NCBI RefSeq assembly: GCF_009914755.1
Contig: NC_060938.1
DNA from: the human T2T-CHM13v2.0 reference genome, Homo sapiens
Length of the DNA stretch: 64,000 bases
Direction: 5' to 3' (one strand)
In this document: in pieces, positions 55,201-64,000 of the stretch
How the letters are laid out: each line of letters starts with the position of its first letter
Numbering within the stretch: position 1 is the first letter of the stretch
Position numbers and translations under genes: made by a program
The notes under the pieces: generated by a model
What the model was told of the DNA's origin: nothing
What the model saw: the letters and a program-made list of their open reading frames with translations, nothing else
Databases searched by the model: none

Positions 55201-56640
55201 TCTTTCTCTCAACACTTTCCAGTCACATATACGTGCATACTATAAGACAATCTTACCTCTCTTTCAGGGACAATATTCAGGGCATGTGTTGATGAAACCA
55301 AATACCCTTAGAATGAGTAACTAGTGACATCTAACTCCTTCAAGTCAGGGATGATGGTTGTAGAAGGATTTGATGCTCCTGTCCTTACTTGACACTTGGT
55401 GTAATAGCCAAATTTGCCTTAGACTGTGTGCACCATGAGCTGCAAGCAGGCCAGCCATCACTTTATCAATGAGCAGTGCCTGTGGGTATTGAGAAATTAC
55501 AGAACAGCTTTACATTAAATACATATGGGAAGTACAGATTGAACAGTTGTATCATAGTTTGTAAAGAGAATGATCAGAATGATCTTGATAACTGGTTTTG
55601 TCATCGATTTCAAGGTGCAAAACTGTAAGTATTTATATTATTGTTCATTAACTTATCTTTAAATTTTTCCATAAATCCTTCTAATGGCAATGACTTTTCC
55701 AAAATGCATATTTGGTAATATTCTATGTACTGTATTTCATTTTTCAATAAAGTTTATGTGAATGTGTAAACTGCATAAAATGTCTATTGACATTTATTAT
55801 CCACCATGGAGGATGTAGTGAAATCACAGATTGCATAAAAACTAGAAGACACAAATCAGCTGGAGAAGCATCAGCAATTACATTAAAATATGGTCAGATT
55901 TAACTTGTATTACTACAAAAAGTATATTTAAAATTATTCTATAAAACTTGATTTTTCATCTAGATTAAAGGATTGTTCTTTTCAGTTTATTCCTCGCATT
56001 TGCAATTTATTTCAGAGCAGTTTTTGCTCTGAAAGTGAATTATGTCAATTTAATATCATTAGCATTAGATGCATCAAAGACAAAATCAGTGATGTTAGTG
56101 CCAATAACAGGGATTTTTTTTCATTCAATTTATTAAATCAAAGAAAAGGTTTTGAATGCTCCTACTGTTGAAGGTAAAACATCTGACATGAACATTACTT
56201 CTTTTTTAAATCCAGCTAAAGAGTCCAACACATAAGTTGTATTTATTTGCTTTTATATTAATAATACAAATAGAATTTGGGTAAAGTACAGCATTATAGT
56301 TAGGCATTGTTTGTATTAAATTAATAAGCTTGTATAAACCTGGAATTGGTTGTTGTACAAACATACTTTGTAATTGTGTTCAAGTAAGTTACATAATTCT
56401 GCTGTCTAAGTAGAATTTATAATTGTCAAAGTCTACAAATTTGACAATTAACTAGATTAATAGATGGATAGAGAAAGAGAGAGCATTGGAACAGAAAAGT
56501 TGTGACACCTTTTCTCACTCATCGTAAGGGTCATGGCCAGCACTTCTATTACAGAAGACAAGTTAATAAGAAAATCACATAACAAACTTATTTAACCAAG
56601 CAAAGTTTTATGTGACTTGGGAGTTTTCAGAAATTAAGAC

Positions 56641-58601
56641 ATAAATGGAAAAACAATCCCTTTTACAACACCTACCTAAAAAAAAAGACACCTAGAAATG
56701 AATTTAACCAAGGAATTAAAAAATCTTTATACTGAAAACTATAAAACTTTGAGAAAAGAAATTGAAGAGGACACAAAAAAAATTGAATGATATTTCATCC
56801 TCACAAATTAGAAAGATTAATATTGTTAAAATGCCCACATTACCAAAGGGATATACAGATGCAATGCACTCCCTCTCCAAATACCAATGATGTTCTTCAT
56901 AGAAATAAAAAAAAGATCATAATATTCATATGGAACCACAAGACACAAGGAATAGCAAAAGTAATCTTAAGAAAAAAATCACAATGCTAGAGGCATCACA
57001 CAATGTGACTTCAAAATATACTACAAAACTATAATAACCTAAACAGCATAGTATTGGCATAAAAACTTACATATCAATCAATGGAACAGAATAGATAGCC
57101 CAGACATAAGTTCATCTATTTAGAGTCCACTAATTTTGACAAAGGATTCAAAAACACATTAGGAAAAGAACAGTCTCTTTAATAAATGTTACTGGGAAAA
57201 TTGGATATCTACATGCACAAGAATAAAACTGAATCCCTACTTTTCCCTAATTTACAGCAATCAACTCAAGATTAACCAAAGGCTCAAATGTAGTACCTCA
57301 AACTATGAAACTACGAGAATTAAAAATAAAGGAAACACTTCATGACATTGGACTAGACAGGAATTTTTTGGAGAAGACCTCAAAGACACAGGCAACCAAA
57401 GTAAAAATAGACCAATGGAATTGCAACAAACTAAAAAGATTCTGCACAGTAAAGGAAAGCATCAACAGAATGAAGGGACAACCTACAGAATCAGAGAAAA
57501 TACTTGCAAACTATACATCTCACAAAAGGTAAGAATTCAGAATATATAAGGAACTCAAAAGACTCAACAGCAAACAAACAAACAATTCAATTTAAAAATG
57601 GGCCAAAGACCTCAACAGATAATTTTCAAAACAGGATATATAAATGTCCACCAAGTGTATAAAAAATGTTCAACCTCACTAATCATCAGCAATATGCAAA
57701 TCAAAACCTCAATATCACCTCACTCCAGTTAGAATGGCTATTACGAAAAATACAAAATATAACAAGTGTTGGTGATGATGCAGAGAAAAGAGAACACTTA
57801 CAGACTGTTGGCAAGAAAGTAAATTAGTACAACAATTAAAGCAAACAATATAAAAGTTCCTCAGAAAACTGAAAATATAACTACCATATGATCCAGCAAT
57901 CCCAGTACTGGATATATATCCAAAGAGAATGAAGTCAGTATATAAAAGAGATATCTGTACTCCCATGTTTATTGCAACACCATTCACAATGGTCATGATG
58001 TGGAATCAACCTAAATGTCCAACAATTGATGAAGGAATAACGAAAATGTGGCATATCCACAATAGAATACTAATCGGCCATTAAAAAAATAAAATCCTGG
58101 TACTCACAACAATGTGAATGAACCTGGAGGTCATTATGTTCAGTAAAATAAACCAGACACTGAAAGACAAATATCACATGTTCTCACTCATATGTGGAAT
58201 CCAAAATGGTTGATTTCATAGAAGAAGTGAATTGAACAGTGGTTACAGAGACTGGGGTGAGTAGAGGAAAGAGGGCTTGGGAGAGGATCATCAATGGGTA
58301 CAAAGTTACAATTAGAAAGGAACAATAAGTGCTTGTGTCCCATTCCACAGTAAGGTAACTATAGTCAGCAATAAGATATTGTGTATCTCAAAATTGCTAG
58401 AAGAAAGGACTTTGTATGTTCCCACTACAAAGGAATGTTTGAGCTGATGGATATTCTAATTACTCTGATTTTATTATTACACAATATATGCATGTATTGA
58501 AACATTGCATTTTACCCCATAAATATGTACAATGATTATGTATCAATTAAAAACAAAAGTATATTGAAAAGATAGAATATAAAACATAAATTTAAAATAA
58601 A
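56641..58601 (+). mobile_element. 5'-truncated L1MA (L1MA5-7-like): decayed ORF2 3' part and 3' UTR
   Basis: Decayed ORF2 (GACTTCAAAATATACTACAAA, CAATGGAACAGAATAGA, CATATGATCCAGCAATCCC), L1MA-type 3' UTR, A-rich tail; degenerate TSD AGAAATTAAGAC / AGAAATAAGGAT. Confidence 0.93.
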
Positions 58602-58784
58602 AGAAATAAGGATTCAAAGACTCAGGGAAAATTGTCCACTTTTATGCATAGATTCAATGAAGAATGGACAGCCCTGAAGAAATGTGATTGCACAAAAAAG
58701 TATGATTTAATGTTAATAGACTGAGTGGGAAAACCCAGCAAGACCTTTCCAGATTGCTTTTGGCCTCTGTTTAACATTCCTTCT

Positions 58785-59121
58785 TGAAATGATTTGGCTG
58801 TGTTCCCACCCAAATCTCATCTTGAATTGTAGCTCCCATACTGGGACATAATTGAATCATGGGGGCAGTATTCCCCATACTGTTCTCGTGGTAGTGAATG
58901 AGTCTCACGAGATCTGATGGTTTTATAAGGGGAAACACCTTTCGCTTGCCTCTTATTCTCTTCTCTTTTCTGCTACCATGTGAGACATGCCTTTTGCCTT
59001 CGCCATGATTGTGAGGCCTCCTCAGCCACGTGGAACTGTGAATCCATTAAACTTCTTTTTCTTTATAAATTACCCAGTCTCTGATATGTCTTTATTAGCA
59101 GTGTGAATATGGACTAACACA
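58785..59121 (+). mobile_element. THE1 solo LTR (THE1C-like MaLR)
   Basis: TTTGGCTGTGTTCCCACCCAAATCTCATCTTGAATTGTAGCTCCCATA...GGACTAACACA; near-TSD CTTCT/TTTCT. Confidence 0.93.
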
Positions 59122-59256
59122 TTTCTTCCTGGGTATGAGCCAGAAACTCTGGGATGAGTGTCTTATGACCTATGATCAGACAAGGTAGACAGGAGAATTT
59201 CCTACAGCTAAAACACAAAAAGGCAGGAGAAAGTTAGAGTAATATTTCTAGGTGTT

Positions 59257-59410
59257 GTTTTTAGAGATGGCGTCTCACTCTGTCTCCTAGGCTGGAGTGC
59301 AATTGCAGGATCATGGCCAACGGCAGCCTCCAACACCTGGGCTCAAGTGATCTTCCCACTTCAGCCTTCTGAGTAGCTGGGACTACAGACATGCACCGTG
59401 AAGACTGGTT
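59257..59410 (-). mobile_element. Alu monomer (FRAM/FAM-like, or AluJ right arm)
   Basis: A single ~155-bp arm flanked by TSD ATTTCTAGGTGTT (59244-59256) / ATTTCTAGCTGTT (59411-59423). Confidence 0.85.
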
Positions 59411-59660
59411 ATTTCTAGCTGTTATGGCTGGCTTTGGGTGAGAGAGGCTCTAGTTTCTATGACTTTCTTTGGGGAAGGAAGAACCCTGGTTTGTGTGACT
59501 TGTGTCAGGGATGAAAGAGGGGTGGGAGACAGAAGAACAGGAAGGCAGAGAGAGACTTTGCTTCTGAGGCTGCTTCTGAGGCTTTCCAGTCTCCTTTATT
59601 TCAGAGTACTCAGGATGCCAAAGTGCTGCATTTTGGATATGATTTTCTGAGATCCAACAA

Positions 59661-59833
59661 TAGACAGATAGGTGTATGGAAAGATAGATAGATAGACAGA
59701 TAGATAGATAGATAGATAGATAGATACATACATACATACATACATACATACATAGATACATAGAAACATAGATACGTAGATAGATGAGAGGGAGAGATGA
59801 TAGACAGACAGACAGACAGATAGATAGATAGAT
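59661..59833. repeat. Compound tetranucleotide STR (TAGA/TACA/CAGA)n
   Basis: Direct read. Confidence 0.95.
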
Positions 59834-62800
59834 TAGAAAAATAGCGTAGTAAATGAGTGGTTTGTGATGAAGCTAGCATTCAATACAAAATTTGGTGAAC
59901 ATGGCAGTTTATAATTTTTCTCATTGCTGCCCATCCTTAACCAGAATTTAGAAATGTCTGAGGTTGTGAAAGACTTTTAAAAATCAATGAAAACATCCCT
60001 CGATGGCACAGAATTATTTTTAAATAAGCTTCTGCAATTTTTGTTGTGTATAGTTCAAAATAAGCTTGGAGATTTTTTATCAAAATAATAAACTAATGCA
60101 TTGTAAAAATCTTCAGCTCTTCAAGCTTTTAGCAAATTACAATTATTGGGGAAAAAGCATACAAATAGGAAGTCACTGAAAAGTATCTGCTCAAAGCAGG
60201 TGAGTAGCTAAATAAATAAAGAGGGAGTTTGAGTATATAAGATTTAATATTAAAATTCTATGGAGACTCTGTGGACTGTCTCCACCTAGGGACAAACTTT
60301 TAGTTTAAACTCTTTTTAAAATTAGATAAATTTCACATCTAATATAACATATAAAACTATAATATATTTTATATTATTGTATAATTTATAATATATAAAT
60401 ATATACTATATAAACTGTTGTATACTATATTTTATGTAATATATAAAATGATTCTGCTTTTTTAGTGTTTACATAGCAAAGATATTTTTAAATTTTGCTT
60501 TCATAGACTCAATTATATTATTTTTGTTTTTAGTTATAATTTTATCCTTGAAAATAGTATTTAAATAGAACTGTACAAGATATATGTAATATAATTGATA
60601 AATCATAATTAGAATATGACAAATATAAATTAAAAAGGAAATAAGTTTATAATCAATAAATCATTTGCAAATTAGTAATTTTTATTTTTAGCATCCCTAT
60701 TTTACTCAAAGACTTGTCCAAATTTAGGTGATAATATAGTATTCTCTACATATAAACATCATACTGACAACAATCAGGAATACTAATCAAATAAAGAGTC
60801 TTATGAGGATAAAAGAAAGCCCAGTTATACCCATGTATTGAATTCTTTCTTGTCAGTTGTATCTTTATATAAATACTTTTTGGTACATTCTTGGAAGATG
60901 CAGGACAACCTTGCCTGCAAACGCTCTGGGTTCCTAGTAGCTTAATCTTGGGAGCCAGGTTAATAGGTCAATGTTCTTGCCAAACACATACATGACTTAT
61001 TCTATTCACATTAACTGAATGTGCACATATTAATTGCATGTTAGTCATTTCTTAAGTACCAATTATATTATTTTGCTTTCTAACTTTACCAAGATAAAGA
61101 TACACAATTCATTCCCAATTAAGGATTTTACTTACGGCACTTTTAGAGTCAGTGAACAGATCCTGGATATGTCAATCAGAAATGGCAAAGTGGAAATTCA
61201 GTAGCAAAACTGGAAAAAAATATTAGCCGTACTCTTGCCTTTCTATACAACCCATTTGCTTCTTCATGTGTCAGTTAGAAACCGTTATTTTTAATCTATG
61301 CTTTAGGATACATCCAGTTTATGGTTTAAGAAGAAAATTATTGTGGGTTTTTTTTCTCTTTTCTATTGAAAAATTCTTAGCTGACTTCCTCCACCCTCCT
61401 TAGAGTTTAGCTAGCAAGTCATTTTAGAACAAAAGTTTTGGTGAGCAAGTCTTATTCTAGCTCTTTTCGTTGGCAGAATACTTACACCGCTGAAGGCACC
61501 TCAGCCTCTGCTAACTACTGATTTTAATGGATTTTGTTGGCCATTCCCAGTCCATCTGTCTGCAATAAAACAAAGATTCCTTCAACCCCTATTGGAATTT
61601 CAGAGCTATGAAAAGTCAGAAAATACCAACTGGGAGATTACTTTACCTCCTTTTAGGGGATTAAAGATTAAAGTGTTCTTCTGGGATTAATTTATGTTCA
61701 TCTAACATTTTGAATAGCTACTTTCCTCAAAACTCTGAAAAAAAATCTCCTTTCCAGTGAAATATCCCCCTCACAAACACAAAGACATTAGAAAATAATA
61801 ATGAAAAACATGGCCTAATGATCCCGTAAAGAGAAATACTGTAATAAGATCCAATCCATTCTTGAAAAGCTCTGAGATGACATCCTTGCTTCTCTTCTTC
61901 ACTTGTTTTAGAGATACATATTCCATTTTAACCGTGCGCTTATTTAACTGTCCTCCAGTAAGAATGCAGTTATTATTTTCCTTCTGCATATCATTTTACC
62001 AGGAAACCAAAAGAGAACAGAAGGGTGTTAACTCTATGAATTCTTAGGCCAAATTCAAGTTATGTTTCTCATTCACTAACCAAGGTTATAATTCTGCAAT
62101 ATTTCTGCTCTCAATTCCTGATAGAAGGAATGCGGGAGAAATATTTTATTCTAAATTATCATGGAATTTCCAAAAATCTGTAAGCGGATTGTCCGAAGGC
62201 AGAGACACCGAGATCCTGGATGTTTAGAAAAAGTGTAAGTAGATTTCAACTGGTCTATTGTGACTGAGATTTTGAAAACAATTCCAGACTCCCTCTGACT
62301 TCCTTGATCCTTAACCTCTTCTCCACCACTGGGGGCAAAGTAGGCTCCCAGCTCCAGAGCTGTGAGCCTTTAGTTTCTGGAACACTTGCAGATTTAAGCT
62401 TAAGGAAAACAAATGCCAAGATGTTGTAGCTCCCATGATTTATTTCTTTATTCATTATTGTTAATATTTTTCTTCTCCATCATAAATGCCTAGAAACTGC
62501 CATATGAAATCTAAGGAATGTTATTACTCAAACAACAAAGGGAATAGAACAACTTAATGTATTTTATCATTTTACAGGAGGCAAACTAAACTGAATAAGT
62601 ACCATGCATCATAAAAAGAACCATATTTTTTAAAAGCAAAATAGAGAGGTGCTAATAAAAATGAAGGCTTTTCTATTTCACTCAATCACCTGCAGAGAAA
62701 GAAAAAAGGAAGCAATGAAGCTGAGGGGCTCTGCACTCTGAGCCAGGGATCCCGCACAGATGTCTAGGTATTGCTTTTCAGTTTTCCCTTCCAAGGTCAA

Positions 62801-64000
62801 GGGGGAAACATGCCTATATGGGACAGTTGAGACCTTCCTAAAGGTTTGGTGGATTATGTGAACCTATATCAGAGGACGAGGAGAAGGGGTGCTTGGGGCC
62901 AAGAATGTTCATTGCCAAAAGTCTGGTGCTCCTGCTGGGAGAGCCTGTCCTCAGTCTGGTAATCTCTCAGTTGACTTTTCCAAAGCAGCCCAGTGTCTGT
63001 GACTGTTGCCATTAGAAACACTGAGAAAATCCCGGCAGGGATTACCTTGCTAGCTGCTGATGAGTGAAGGAGTAATTAGGCACAAGTAGTTCCCTGACAG
63101 CAGCTGCAAAAAAGGCACTGGCTTCCTTCTGGAGAGAATTTCCAATGGCACTAATGTTATGACACACAGGAGATGCACTGCCCTCCATATGGAATGAAGC
63201 CAAGCCATCAAACTCATCTGATTTAGGACTGTGAACCTGAATTCCTATGGAGATCTCAAAAGAACAAGGTCAAGACTTCTAGTTTGAAGTAATTCAGCAT
63301 GCCTTTTTCTACAGCTGCGGATTTCCTTCGGAATGGTCTTTAATGTTAGGACATCTCTGGGGTTCTGCTCATAAAAGAAAAAGACACAGATGTTTCTTTT
63401 AATGCCCTGACTACAGAGTTGATGAGTCAACTCGCCATATTCTGCATATTTAAAAACATGATGTGGATATTCTTTTAGGAAACAAAAATTCCAGAAGATG
63501 TCACTTAGTATTTTATATTAATGGTTTTCATTGGAGAATTACCTGATTAAATAGTGAAATAGACACGTGTGTTGCTGCTGATCTGCAAGCCACCAGGGAC
63601 ACAGAAGACAGTGGACAGTTGAAAAGAGCCAAGGACGAGGAAATATATCTGAGGATGGGACATACAAAGTGCAGCCAAGTCTGTGATAATGCCAGAAGGA
63701 GTTAATTCGAATTTCATATTCAAAAGGTTTTCTTTTATCTTTTCCTGAAAGAGTACAATAGAACAGATTTTTACCAATATAAAAGACAGAACCAAGTGTT
63801 GAATGGGAGTGTGCATATATGTGTGTGTTGAAGGCTGGCACTGAGACATAAAAGGTGTATTTATAAACAAAATTTGAGTAAGTCTCCCTCACTGGAAGAA
63901 ATAATCAATTTTGGAGACAGAAAAATGAATATGCTGCTAATAGATTAACTTGATTTTCAACTTTACAAATGTCATTTCATATTTGGCCAGCAGGAGGTAC

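Larger units (their letters stand above)
56486..59659 (-). mobile_element. Solo MER39 LTR (ERV1) split into four pieces by three insertions
   Basis: Colinear pieces at ~56486-56640, ~58602-58784, 59122-59256 and 59411-59659; reverse complement begins TGTTGGATCTCAGAAAATCATATCCAAAATG...AGCCTCAGAAGCAGCCTCAGAAGCAAAG. Confidence 0.85.

Noticed and set aside
56787-57996. ORFs resembling L1 ORF2p
   Set aside because: Fragmented by stops and frameshifts in an old 5'-truncated L1MA; not a functional gene.
63984-64000. CTCF-like TGGCCAGCAGGAGGTAC
   Set aside because: Two core mismatches, and it is cut off at the window edge.

Overview
Hominid (very probably human) AT-rich non-coding DNA, either intronic or gene desert; I cannot name the locus. 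No supportable protein-coding exon, tRNA, rRNA or CRISPR array. The longer or more protein-like ORFs in the track lie in Alu, SVA, L1, LTR or simple repeats, and the rest look like chance ORFs. The window is a layered transposon record: about 13 Alu elements or fragments (J, S and Y types), one full-length SVA with a 13-bp TSD, solo LTRs (LTR2, MER34-like, MER67-like, MER39, THE1, MST, MLT1), L1M/L2/L3/MIR relics and hAT/TcMar DNA transposons, several nested. The unique sequence between repeats contains motif-dense blocks that look like enhancers, plus several exact inverted or tandem micro-structures. Repeat subfamily calls come from recalled consensus sequences and need RepeatMasker/Dfam confirmation. 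I found no convincing new multi-gene biological system. The most unusual items are small: an 82-nt nested hairpin, a template-switch-like inverted cluster, a trimeric S/Y Alu, a 64/128-bp higher-order pyrimidine repeat and a triply invaded MER39 LTR.
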